Shown in pieces: positions 1 to 11,558 of a stretch of 64,000 bases of DNA. The translations under genes and the position numbers were made by a program. The notes under the pieces were generated by a model. It was not told where the DNA came from and made no database searches. It was given only the letters and a program-made list of their open reading frames with translations. The stretch comes from Macrostomum lignano (lineage: Eukaryota), in the NCBI GenBank assembly GCA_002269645.1, contig NIVC01000732.1:372001-436000 (forward strand), in the 5' to 3' direction. The stretch's first letter is position 1. Each line of letters starts with the position of its first letter.

Positions 1-109
1 GCAGTGACAGTGACGGTGAATGGTTGTAAATAATTTACTATGGAATAAGAGAATCTGGAAGCTGAAGACCTGCGGATGTGCGATATGGAAACTGAGAATC
101 GAAGGTTTG

Positions 110-560
110 AGGATTTGGGATCTGGGAATGTGAGAATTTGGGATCTGGGAATGTGAGGATTTGGGATCTGGGAATGTGAGGATTTGGGATCTGGGAATGT
201 GAGAATTTGGGATCTGGGAACTGTACGATTTGAGATCTGGGGACTGTGGAGTTGGGATCTGGGAGCTGTGGATTTGGGATCTGGGAACTGTGGATTTGGG
301 ATCTGGGAACTGTGGGTTTGAGATATGGGAACTGTGGATTTGGGATCTGGGAACTGTGGATTTGAGATATGGGGACTGTGGATTTGGGATCTGGGAACTG
401 TGGGTTTGAGGTATGGGGACTGTGGATTTGGGATCTGGGAACTGTGGGTTTGAGATATGGGGACTGTGGATTTGGGATCTGGGAACTGTGGATTTGAGAT
501 ACGGGGACTGTGGATTTGGGATCTGGGAACTGTGGGTTTGAGATATGGGATCGGGGAACT
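110..560. repeat. Intronic minisatellite, ~21-23-bp unit (GATTTGGGATCTGGGAACTGTG)
   Basis: About 20 degenerate tandem copies. Confidence 0.95.
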
Positions 561-612
561 TGGCAAGTGAGGATGTGGCATTCAGAATTTGACGATTTAG
601 AAATTTACTCAC

Positions 613-834
613 TTATTGCCCTGAATGCCCAGAGGGCAGGCCTGGCAACTGACTCCTCCGCTGCCAAGAGCATTGGGCGCCCTCACGCTGTACACAGTGA
701 GCACATTGCGCGACCAGTCTACATCTTTGCCGGTTGACGCAGCCGAACCAGCAGCGCTTTCATTGTCTTCAATAAACGGGGCCGGCTCGAAGATTAGGAA
801 AAATTTGTGACGATCAGTTCGGCGGATTATGTAC
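613..834 (-). CDS. ELAPOR: ELAPOR-family exon 8 (gene continues left of the window)
   Basis: YIIRRTDRHKFFLIFE...VLTVYSVRAPNALGRGGVSCQACPLG resembles [28 protein letters not shown] donor. Confidence 0.85.
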
Positions 835-927
835 CTGGGAATCGCGTGGATTTAGGGTGAGGTAGTACGTAGGATGTACATCGGTTTGTGGATTCTTCTG
901 TTGTATCTTATTCAATATTCAACTCAC

Positions 928-992
928 TTGAATTGCGATCTTTTCTGCGAACCAGCCCAGGTCTTGATTTCCACGTGGCGACGACTCTCGTA
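928..992 (-). CDS. ELAPOR: ELAPOR-family exon 7
   Basis: YESRRHVEIKTWAGSQKRSQF; TTCAG acceptor and GTGAGT donor. Resembles VETWKGSKGKQSY. Confidence 0.75.
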
Positions 993-1142
993 CTGAATAT
1001 AGAATAATTTGATTTTATATAATATGATGCTGAGAATACTGGATGAAAAAGATCTAAGAGGCTTTACTTAGGATTGGTGGTTTGAGCTAGTCCTAGAGAA
1101 TTAGCATAGTTTGTGACTTCACCCGGCAAAAGGTGAGGGTTT

Positions 1143-1690
1143 TAGTGGCCTAGCAACTGAGGATCTGGGAGGCTGGCCCAGCAACTGAGGATCTGGGAGG
1201 CTGGTGGCCCAGCAATTGAGAATCTGGGAGGCTGTGGCCCAGCAACTGAGGATCTGGGAGGCTGGCACAGCAACTGAGGATCTGGGAGGCTGGTGGCCCA
1301 GCAATTGAGAATCTGGGAGGCTGTGGCCCAGCAACTGAGGATCTGGGAGGCTGGCACAGCAACTGAGGATCTGGGAGGCTGGTGGCCCAGCAATTGAGAA
1401 TCTGGGAGGCTGTGGCCCAGCAACTGAGGATCTGGGAGGCTGGCACAGCAACTGAGGATCTGTGAGGCTGGCCCAGCAATTGAGAATCTGGGAGGCTGTG
1501 ACCCAGCAACTGACACTCTGGGAGGCTGGTGACCCAGCAACTGAGGATCTGGGAGGCTGGTGACCCAGCAACTGAGGATCTGGGAGGCTGGCCCAGCAAC
1601 TGAGGATCTGGGAGGCTGTGGCCTAGCAACTGAGGATCTGGGAGGCTGGCCCAGCAACCGAGGATCTGGGAGGCTGATGATGGCCCAGCC
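1143..1690. repeat. Intronic minisatellite, ~26-30-bp unit (CAGCAACTGAGGATCTGGGAGGCTGGC)
   Basis: Tandem copies with a recurring 3-unit pattern; source of the spurious ORFs at 1119-1657. Confidence 0.95.
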
Positions 1691-1722
1691 TAAGCATTAA
1701 TGACGACAGCAAAGAATTTCAC

Positions 1723-2070
1723 CTTAAGCAGGAACAGCCTACAGGGAGTGTCGCAGGCAACCTCAAAGTCGATAATCAGGGATCCAACAGGCGTGACATC
1801 GGCGGCAGCAGCAGCAGCGGCGGCAGCAGCAAATGACGCAGCAGTGTCGTCACCCTGCTGAGCACCCTGAGGCTGGTGAAAGCCGGGCAAGTCTAAAGTC
1901 AAAACGCGCGAGTTGCGCATACGGGTTGGCGCAGTCTGCACCCGGTCACCCATGAGCTGCCAGGCCTGCTCAGAGCAGGTGCTGGAGCCGTCCACTTGCA
2001 GCACCAGACAGGACAGGTTCATCAGCGGTGGAGTCACCAGCCAGTTGGAGGCCACGTATTCGTGCACGAC
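1723..2070 (-). CDS. ELAPOR: ELAPOR-family exon 6
   Basis: VVHEYVASNW...WQLMGDRVQT...VLTLDLPGF...LIIDFEVACDTPCRLFLLK resembles GFEYKWWN...WEVAGDHIY...LTLVVPGF...ITFVFETLCSVNCELYF. 348 nt. Confidence 0.88.
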
Positions 2071-2134
2071 CTGGCACAGGGGATCGGGGTCGGATTGGGA
2101 TTGCGGATTACGGCGCTTCTGCCTTAGGTAATTA

Positions 2135-3090
2135 GGCGATTTTTAAGGGCGATTCTTAAATGGCTACTTGAATTGGGCGATTCTTAAATGGCTACTTGAA
2201 TCGGGCGATTCTTGAATGGCTACTCTAATTAGGCGATTCTTACATGACTACTTTTATTAGGCAATTCTTAAATGGCTACTCTAATTGGGCGATTCTTAAA
2301 TGGCTACTCTAATAAAGCGATTCTTAAATGGCTACTCTAATTGGCTGATTCTTAAATGGCTACTCTAATTGTGCGATTCTTAAATGGCTACTCTAATTGG
2401 CTGATTCTTAAATGGCTACTCTAATTGGGCGATTCTTAAATGGCTACTCTAATAAAGCGATTCTTAAATGGCTACTCTAATTGGCTGATTCTTAAATGGC
2501 TACTCTAATTGGCTGATTCTTAAATGGCTACTCTAATTGTGCGATTCTTAAATGGCTACTCTAATTGTGCGATTCTTAAATGGCTACTCTAATTGGCTGA
2601 TTCTTAAATGGCTACTCTAATTGGGCGATTCTTAAATGGCTACTCTAATTGGCTGATTCTTAAATGGCTACTCTAATTGTGCGATTCTTAAATAAATGAC
2701 TACTCTAATTGGCTGATTCTTAAATGGCTACTCTAATTGGGCGATTCTTAAATAAATGACTACTCTAATTGGCTGATTCTTAAATGGCTACTCTAATTGG
2801 GCGATTCTTAAATGGCTACTCTAATTGTGCGATTCTTAAATGGCTACTCTAATTGGCTGATTCTTAAATGGCTACTCTAATTGGGCGATTCTTAAATGGC
2901 TACTCTAATTGGGCGATTCTTAAATGGCTACTCTAATTGTGCGATTCTTAAATGGCTACTCTAATTGGGCGATTCTTAAATGGCTACTCTAATTGTGCGA
3001 TTCTTAAATGGCTACTCTAATTGGGCGATTCTTAAATGACTACTCTAATTGGCTGATTCTTAAATGGCTACTCTAATTGTGCGATTCAGA
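2135..3090. repeat. Intronic minisatellite, 29-bp unit (GATTCTTAAATGGCTACTCTAATTGGGC-like)
   Basis: More than 30 tandem copies. Confidence 0.97.
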
Positions 3091-3168
3091 TGGCAGTTCT
3101 AATTCAAGCAAAGTTAATATAGGTAATTCCATAATTTCCTACACAGCCTGGCTGACATGAGAGCTCAC

Positions 3169-3795
3169 CTGAGTCTTAGCCGGACACGGCTGGCACACGG
3201 TGCTATTCCCGTCTGAGTATTGGCCCTCTGGACAGGCCTCGCATTGCAGCGGATCTTTCTCGTCGTTCGCAGCAGCCGCTCGCGTCCCCGGATTGCAATA
3301 AACTCCCTTGCACGAGGCCGGCAGATTGCCATTACCACCGCCGCCGCTATTGCTAGGCAAGGAGACTCCAGCGTCGCACACTTTCGGTTGAATCCAATTA
3401 TAGCTAGGCCGAGTGACTTGATAATTGTTAGCCACAGTGCACGGCGATTGGGCATAAAACAGGGCATAGTCGGAGGCTGCACAAGCCGGCTTAGGTTTGC
3501 ACGAGGCCGCACCAGGGCCGGAGTACTGCCCGGCTGGACAGGCCTGGCAACTCTGTCCGCTAGTTGAGTAAGTGTTGGCCTGACATTTGCTGCACTTAGG
3601 GGCTCCGATAGCACTGGAGTAGCCGGGGTGGCAGGACTGGCAGCTGTACACGTACGGTATGCCCGACACTTCAATAGAGTGGATAGCAATGATGGAGCTC
3701 GATTTTGAGGCCGAAGACGAGCCTGAAGGTCGGATTCGATCGGCCACCGGTACGATTTGCCAGCGGAGAACGTTCATGCCTACTTTTAGTGGCAC
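3169..3795 (-). CDS. ELAPOR: ELAPOR-family exon 5 (TNFR-like Cys-rich repeats)
   Basis: VPLKVGMNVLRW...IEVSGIPYVYSCQSCHPGY...KPACAASDY...YNWIQPKVC...CNPG matches the KIAA1324 Cys-rich region. 627 nt, phase 0/0. Confidence 0.93.
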
Positions 3796-3884
3796 CTGCG
3801 TTTCGGTTGGCGGGGCTTGACAAGTTTTATTGCAATAGCGAATTGTGAAAATCTAACTAATATCGGACTAAGCTGGGTTTGATT

Positions 3885-4100
3885 TGTCACTGAAATCCCT
3901 AAATTCCCATTTAGATTTTTGTTTCACTAAAATCCCCAAATCCCCATTTAGATTTTTGTGTCACTAAAATCCCCAAATCCTCATTTAGATTTTTGTGTCA
4001 CTGAAATCCGCAATTTTTATTTTTGTGTCACTAAAATCCCCAAATCCTCATTTAGATTTTTGTGTCACTGAAATCCCCAAATACTCATTTAGTTTTCTGT
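3885..4100. repeat. Short degenerate tandem array (~38-bp, TGTCACTAAAATCCCCAAATCCTCATTTAGATTTT)
   Basis: About 5 imperfect copies. Confidence 0.8.
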
Positions 4101-4689
4101 GTGTGAAATCCTCATTTATAGAAGTTTTTTAGGAGAAGGTTTGTTGTATCACAGAAATCCTTATTACAGGAGATAAACATCATTAAAATGAGCTGAAGAG
4201 AGACTGAGACCAAGGAGAGGAGACAGATTTTAACGGACAATAAAAAAGAAAAATATCAAGGCACTAAAAACACAAGCATAAAATTTGCAAGACACTCAAA
4301 ACGCACGTCGAGTCGAATTAATCCCTGTTCGAAGATTAGCGGATTAAAACATCGCTTTAAATTTCTTGCTCACGCAAAGCAGAGAGTAGACGACCAGAGA
4401 GAGGCCTAGGCAGGAAGCTCAAGATTAGTAAATTGACGCCCATAATGAAAAAATATTTTGTCTATTTAGTCCACACCAAAACTGCCAGCGTTTTTATAGG
4501 CCTAAGATAACTGAAGGTACCAACGTAGCGAGCCTGATTTATTTTATGGTCGGACCACGGCTGGTCCTGCACGAAAAAGTGCGTAGATTATCAGGATGCT
4601 ATGATACTGAATAAAACACAATATACCCGTAAATATATACACTTTAAGCCAGGGAAGCATGCAGACGGGAGCAGAAAGGCATCGCCTCC

Positions 4690-5195
4690 CATCCCCCTCT
4701 AGGAGACAGGGGCGCCCAACAAGATAAGAGATAGGGCCGCTCACTAGGAGACAGAGGCGCCTACCAAGCGACAGGGCCGCCCACCAAGAGACAGGGGCGC
4801 CTACCAAGCGACAGGGCCGCCCACCAAGAGACAGGGGCGCCCACCCAAGAGACAGGGGCGCCCACCCAAGAGACAGGGGCGCCCACCCAAGAGACAGGGC
4901 CGCCCACCCAAGAGACAGGGGCGCCCACCAAGAGACAGGGGCGCCCACCAAGAGACAGGGCCGCCCACCAAGAGACAGGGGCACCCACCCAAGAGACAGG
5001 GCCGCCCACCAAGAGACAGGGCCGCCCACCAAGCGACAGGAGCGCCCATCAAGAGACAGGAGGCGCCCGCCAAGAGACAGGGCCGCCCACCAAGAGACAG
5101 GGCCGCCCACCAAGAGACAGGGGCACCCACCCAAGAGACAGGGCCGCCCACCAAGAGACAGGGCCGCCCACCCAAGAGACGAGGGCGCCCACCTA
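4690..5195. repeat. Intronic GC-rich minisatellite, ~21-22-bp unit (CACCAAGAGACAGGGCCGCC)
   Basis: More than 20 tandem copies; explains the tail of ORF 4544-5458. Confidence 0.95.
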
Positions 5196-5227
5196 AGATC
5201 AAATAAATGCGATATTAAGAGGCTCAC

Positions 5228-5474
5228 CGTATGCCGTTTGATTTCATTTCTGTCAGTCTCGTCAAGAAGCGGACTGCCGCTGTCCTCCCTGCTGCTAACG
5301 CTCTCGCACAGTCCGTTCTGCACTTCGAATGCAAAGAATTCTAATTCACTTCGGTATTGATAGAGGAATGTCACGGAACCGCTGCTGACCACGTTTACTG
5401 TGTAGGTGAGGCTGAGCTGGCAGTTGTTGTCGGACTGGCCGGATAAATACGATCCCATCGTCTTCCACCGGGCT
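5228..5474 (-). CDS. ELAPOR: ELAPOR-family exon 4
   Basis: ARWKTMGSYLSGQSDNNCQLSLTYTVNVVSSGSVTFLYQY...FFAFEVQNGLC resembles W.PRGDYIASN...[21 protein letters not shown]...FEFFVQNDQC. TTGCAG acceptor and GTGAGC donor. Confidence 0.92.
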
Positions 5475-5509
5475 CTGCAAAGTTTGGAATTCGCTGGGAT
5501 GTAGATTTC

Positions 5510-5750
5510 AAGTGCTTGGATCTAGTTCTGCAATCTAAATTGCAGAAGAGGGGATCTATTTTGCAAACACTGGGATCTAGTTACAACTGCTGGGATCTAG
5601 TTTGCAAATGCTGGGATTTAGATTGCAAAATTCTTAAATCTAAATTGCAGAAGAGGGATCTATTTTGCAAACACTGGGATCTAGTTACAAATGCTGGGAT
5701 CTAGTTTACAAATGCTGGGATCCAGACTGCAAATGCTGGGATCCAGATTA
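5510..5750. repeat. Degenerate tandem array (CTGGGATCTAGTT..CAAATG)
   Basis: Imperfect repeats including a ~70-bp duplication. Confidence 0.75.
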
Positions 5751-5938
5751 GAAATGCACATACAGGCACATCAATACTGTACGCACGCATGCACACACAC
5801 ACACACGCTCACACAGGGTGTACAGCAGCCCTGACTTTCTAATCGCCAGGCATGTACATTCTGTGTGCCTTGAGGGCTGGCTGGTCCTCGTGGGTTTGAA
5901 TCGCGTGAATTGTGAATCGGGTAGCCCTTAATTATATT

Positions 5939-6300
5939 CCCGCCTGGATAGCCGATCCGGTTGTCGTCCGGCCGTCGTCCGCATTGGTCCGTGTTTGGTG
6001 GTCAATTCCGGACAAATGCAGCTTTTCGTCCGGTATTCATCCGGTTTAAGCTGCCGGACAAAGTAGCGGGCCAGTTTCCGGATCAGAGCCGGACAAAGTG
6101 GTGATTTTTTTACTTAATTGGTCCATTTTAGTCCGGAATTATATCCGCTTGTTTACCCGGACAAAAACCGGATGAAGCGTCGGATGACTTTACGGATGAC
6201 TAGCCGGATGAATTGTCACTGTCGTCCGGAAAGTCATCCGCATTTTAATCCGGGCTGTCGCCCGCCTAACGACCGGACGAAGAGCGGATATGTTTCCGGG
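5939..6300. repeat. Left subterminal repeat field of the CACTA-like element
   Basis: Many CCGGAC/CCGGAT/GTCCGG motifs in both orientations. Confidence 0.85.
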
Positions 6301-6770
6301 TGATAGTGGAGCACGTGGAATTGAATAGTGGAAAATGGCACCTTTCTCCTACTTGTATGCCCACAGTTTGTAACACATGTTCCAGAAACAGCAGCACAAC
6401 GTGTTCTATTTCTTATGCTCCAAGTTCTACAGAAAAATATACTTCTCCGTATGACATTTCCCACGTTCTGATTTTGATGGGAGACTTCGATGTTGTTCGA
6501 TGCCTTCGCATCTTTTGCATGTGTGCAACACATTAGATAGTACACTATGTTAGATAGGGATCATAGAGGTCTTGGAAACAGCGGGTATTGTTGGACAAAA
6601 TTGGTCTCGTCCGAGTTGTTACTGAAATGCAGAAATTCAGAAACATGTCGTCCATTCTATACGTGGATAGATGAATAGGTCACACAGCAGATAGTGCTAC
6701 AGTGAATATGCGCATCTAGACATCATAAACCAACCCAATCTCTTTCAGTACTGCACGACTCGCAAACTGC

Positions 6771-9100
6771 ATGGACAATTCAGATTTACCGCCGCGGTTA
6801 CAGCGGAGGCAGTACATGCGAGAGTACATGCGGCAGCGTGCGTTGGCCAATTCAAATAGTCGACAAGAAGGTTCGCGATCACCTCTGCGTCCAACCGCAG
6901 GAACTTCTGCAGATGTCGACTCCGGCGAAGTCCAGTCCGGCGGCGCAGGCACCAGTGGGACTGCTGCAGTCGTCGCAGCTGCAAGCGGATCCGCCTCTAC
7001 ATCTACAGTATCTCGATCTCGAGATGAGCAGTCTGTATACCTGCCTATAGACAATCCAGAGTCCGACGACGGTGGCGCACAGGCCGATGGCTGCAATGGG
7101 GACCCGGTGTCGAGCTCTGACAGCACTTCGGACGGGGATTCTTCCTCTAGTGGTGAGTCCCAGTCAGAGAGTTGGCTTATCGTGGATTGTGGATCCATCC
7201 CAATGGCTCATGTTTGATACTTTTGTGTTACCTGCACGTTGCACTCACACTGTCCACCGAACACATGCGCACTACGCTCACCACACACAATATATTCCTC
7301 CCAGGTTCGCAGTCTGATGACGGCCAGAGCACAGACTCCGACAACGACGAGGACGTCCCGGGGTTTCCAGGAGTCAATTGGCACGACGCTCTGCCCGTTT
7401 CGCTCGGAGAGGCGATTTGTGAGGTCAGCTCCTGCGCGAGGAAACTGAACCTGACAGTTAGCGGGACGACAAGGCTGCTTTCACTACTGCACAGGCTAGT
7501 ACCCGACAACCGCCTTCCTCAGCACGGACGAACATTGCGTGAAACTTTGAAGAAGAGGGGAACAATCTCGGGGTCGTCAACATGTTACACTGTCTGCAAC
7601 GACTGTTATCTACATTCCGAGCAGCGCTGCGATCCAGGAAACTCTAATTGTGCGCACTGTACGTCGGAAAATGTGGCCAACTTCTGGTTATTCGACATAC
7701 CTGCGCAGATCCGAACATTCGTTGAATCTCGCGGTCTTCTACAGAGCGTAACATTTCCGATTGAACGGCTTGCACTGGACGAAGAGAAGCTGCACTTTGC
7801 CAACAGCGAACTGTACAAGTCGTTTCTCGAGAACATCGAACCCGAGACTCGGAGCGACCTTACATACACCATCTGTGCAGACGGATTTCCTCTTTTCTGC
7901 ACTAGCAATGTCGAGGTGTGCCCCGTCTATCTGAGTATTAACGAAGTGCACGAGCGGCTGAAGCTCCGATTCGTGATGAAGTGTGGCGTGTGGGCCGGCA
8001 AGAAAAAGGTCCATGCCGCCGCCTTTCTGCCAATCGTCGTAAATGCACTGAATACTCTGCGCTTCGATGGTGTACAGTATATCGACAGCCTCGGGGTTCA
8101 GCGTCGATTGCATCTGCATCCGCTAATGGCGCTGTTCGACGCTCCAGCGAGAGCGGACGCTCTGTGCATGAAGCGTTTCTCGGCTATCTACGGATGCGAG
8201 AAGTGCTACATCCGGACATCATTGCATCCATCAGGCCATGGACGAGTCTACGGCGTCGGGGTTACTGACGCGATGCCTTATCAGGCCAGACGTCTAGGAT
8301 GCGTTCAGACTGTAGTGCGGTCGACCAGCGACACTCACACTCTCGCTGAGCAGCACGCACAGCAGGGTGGCGACATTCGGACTGACGTCCTCGGTGTCCG
8401 TGGCCTGTCACCGCTGTCTCGACTGCACGGGTTTGACTTTGTCCGCGGCTGTCCACCGTGTTTCCTGCACCAGTTGTGCTCCGGCCTGGTACGCAATATT
8501 TTGTACCAGCTGTTCCTCGTGCGTCATGAAAAACCGGATCGAGGCGCCACAAATTGTCCGGACCTGCACGCGCGGCTGAGCCACATCGACCAGCGTCTTC
8601 GGCGCATTCGCGTTCCTCGCACTGTTCAGCGTCACACTGTCAGGCTTCTCAAGGACATCAGACACATGCGCGGCCACGAATACGCAATGTGGTTGTTGGC
8701 GTTCGCGCCTTTCGTCCTTGATGACTTCCTGCCAGAGGAACACTACTGGCACATTTTAATCCTCTCCACGTGCATCTTCTGGATGTCCTTAGAAGGTGCG
8801 CCGCGTGCAGAATTGCGCCACGTTGAAATCGGGCTGAGACACTTTCACGCGAACTTGTCGCGCCTTTATTCGCTGCGATTTCTGTCATACAACGCCCATC
8901 AAGTCTGCTGCCACATGCTGCCGTATGCCATACTGGCAGGTCCTCTGAACCGTCAATCCGCCGGGCTGTTTGAATCGATGCATACCAGACTGCGTCGCCA
9001 GATTCACGGGTCCCGCCGCACGGATGTGGAGATTGTCGGAGCCGTTGAGCGCGAGCTGGCAGTCATGCAGGCTGAGGAGCTTCTCCGCGACAACGACTAG
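6771..9100 (+). CDS. EnSpm/CACTA-type DDE transposase (spliced 6771-7152 + 7305-9100, ~725 aa)
   Basis: Phase-1 intron GTGAGT(7153)...CCCAG(7304) joins two ORFs. Motifs: N-terminal CxxC..C..CxxC, ADGFPLF, CPVYLSINE, DAPARA, GCEKC, CFLHQLCSGL, RGHEY, YNAHQ, GPL...SAGLFES. Confidence 0.9.
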
Positions 9101-9595
9101 CAGCCACGCGCGCGGCACAGAACGACATGCATGCGCGCGGCGTCTGGCATTCTACTACGGCGTCCTAACAACATGGCCCACGGCTGGCGTTCGGCGTCTC
9201 TCCCGTCAGGGTTGTATTTCGAGGAGTATCTACCGGAGATTGAGACGCGGGCGTCATCTGCCTTTGTAGCCATTGCCAGATGCCAGCCGACGAGCTTTCA
9301 GTTCGGCCGCGTTCTAGCAATCGAGTGCGACAACGATGAGGTGTATGTCAACCTTCACATCCTACCCGTACAGGACGCTGTCGTGGACCCACTGGAGGCC
9401 TTGTGTGCCGTACATGCCAACTCGGAGAACCGAGGTGCCAGATTTGCGCACATCCGAGGCCTCTTAGTCAATCCATTCGGTCCGTTACCACATGAGCGCA
9501 CCGTTCGAGTTCACGCCACTGCCATCGTTGGGTCGTGCGTCGTTTCGGACACAAAAATATGCGTTATGCCACACCCGCAGATCGGCTTCCATTAG
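9101..9595 (+). CDS. In-frame C-terminal extension of the transposase beyond a single TAG
   Basis: Same frame as 7305-9100 and open for 164 codons. FQFGRVLAI resembles the C-terminal region of animal EnSpm transposases (recalled motif, not searched). Confidence 0.55.
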   Translation, partial: QPRARHRTTCMRAASGILLRRPNNMAHGWRSASLPSGLYFEEYLPEIETRASSAFVAIARCQPTSFQFGRVLAIECDNDEVYVNLHILPVQDAVVDPLEALCAVHANSENRGARFAHIRGLLVNPFGPLPHERTVRVHATAIVGSCVVSDTKICVMPHPQIGFH

Positions 9596-11558
9596 CTTCC
9601 AGTATTAATTAGCTGTTGCTTCAGTTTAATCATCACCGCCTCAATAGTATAAGTATAATATCAATGGAATTGAAAATAGCGGTCCATGAAAGTAGTGTAA
9701 AATTTTCATTTCAAGCACATAATTCCCTTTATAATATTGTGGCGACTGTCGCTTTTTTTGCATGTCGGACGATTTTGTTTCATCGATGATTCTTGTGTCG
9801 CGCTCTCAACTCTTTAGCTAATTTAGAGGCAAATTTGGAATTTGTTTCCTCTCAGCTTGTGATCCCCCAATACTCGAGTATATAATTGAAGACGTCAGCT
9901 GCACTGAAATTGTTCTACTAATTATCTCATTATCATAATAAATATTTCGTTTCGCAAACATTACACATGAGGCAGTATAATTTCATAATCACTTAAATTA
10001 TTATTGATACGTCTGCACGAATGGTGCAGTACTATTTCATACCTTACCGGTTTCCATATTACTGAATGTTTAGTTTACTTACGTATACGTATGTGTATAA
10101 CTGATTAATTAGAAATACAGTTGTATTTGACGCAGCACTGTAACTATGTATACGTTTTTCCTCTTTTCTGCAGCCCTCTTGTACATGCACTAACGGGTTG
10201 CAAACGGTTGTTCAAGTAATTGCTTAGCACGTATGAGTACAAAGGGTTCCACCGCCTTACACTTCAGCTACATGTCCCGGCGCACGGGTCAATTATCCGG
10301 GACTCCAGACTGGTCCTTGATTTTGGACGGACTTATCGGCGAAGGGGTTGATGAGCTACTAGGAGATTCCGTAGATTCGGAGGTCGAGTCGGACGACACA
10401 CATACTACTCTAGGCTCACCCGCCGCCCAGGTAGATTCGGATGTCGAGTCGGACGACACACATACTACTCTAGGCTCACCGGTCGCCCATGTCCAGCAGT
10501 TGGACAGTCAGGCCTGGTACTCGTCTCCACAAGCCGTGGAGTCCGAAGATGCAGTTGCGCAGGAGGAGATCCAGGAATTAGTCGTCGCCCTCAGAGCTCC
10601 GCCGTCCGACGCCAGTCGCTAGCAGTACGCAAGTTGACGCAAGTACGCAAGTACGCAAGCAGTACGCTGCTGACTACAATAGGCTTCCGGACGAGCCGCC
10701 GCCGACGTTCGACTCACGCCGGCGGTATGACAGGCAGCGCCTTCCTGCGCAAACTTGCCCAGACTGTGAAGCCTGGTACGCCAACCTGCCCGCCGAAGTT
10801 CGCGACCAGCGCCTGCAGCGCCATGGGCGCCATCGGCATCGTCCGATTATCCAGGCGCCAAACTTTTTTTCCATCGACATGCCCCCCAGTCCGCCACCAC
10901 TTCCGGTGGAGCTGATGAAAGTAGGCAGGCGCCGTATGCGGCCCCTTCGCGGCCTTGCTCCCTATGATGCGCCGAAACCAAAGTCTGCAAAGAAGGATTG
11001 AATTGCTTTGGTTCCCCACCATGGTCGCGCCATGGGGACTAGTTGAAATAGGGATGGGGATAGGGATATCATAGGGATAGGGATAGAAATATTTCCCCAC
11101 ATGTGGGGACAGGTGAAATCGTTTTTTATATTAGAAGAACTGCTGCGCAACTCTTGTTCATATGCTGTTTCATCCTTCCACACTTTTTCTACTTGTGTTG
11201 ACGATTTCTGTTTTAGTTGAATTTTTAGTATTTAGTTTTAGTTTAAACTTTTTAGTTGAATGGTGTCGAGGTTGCTGAAGTGCAATGGTGTCGAGGTTGC
11301 TGAAGTGCAATGGTGTCGAGGTTGCTGTAGTGCAAACACATATAAAAGGACCGGCGCTTTTTTGGCTTTGTGATATCCGTCAGTCTTGTTTGTTATTTCA
11401 TTCCGTCCCGCTGCTAACTCCTTACGAACCCGTTGTACATAACCAAGTACTCAGTCACCTATAGTGCTCGAGGATCAGAGACGATGACTCCTGTACAGAT
11501 CTCGCGGAAATGCAAACCTCATGTCATATCTTTTCCAGCGTGCACGAGAACTGCCATC

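Noticed and set aside
1119-1657. Overlapping 150-171-aa ORFs
   Set aside because: Translations of an intronic minisatellite.
4544-5227. C-terminal two-thirds of the 304-aa ORF
   Set aside because: Reads through the GTGAGC donor at 5227 into a minisatellite; only 5228-5474 is exon.
7172-7304. GTG-started N-terminus of the 642-aa transposase ORF
   Set aside because: Lies within a GT-AG intron (7153-7304) that joins ORF 6771 to the transposase in phase.
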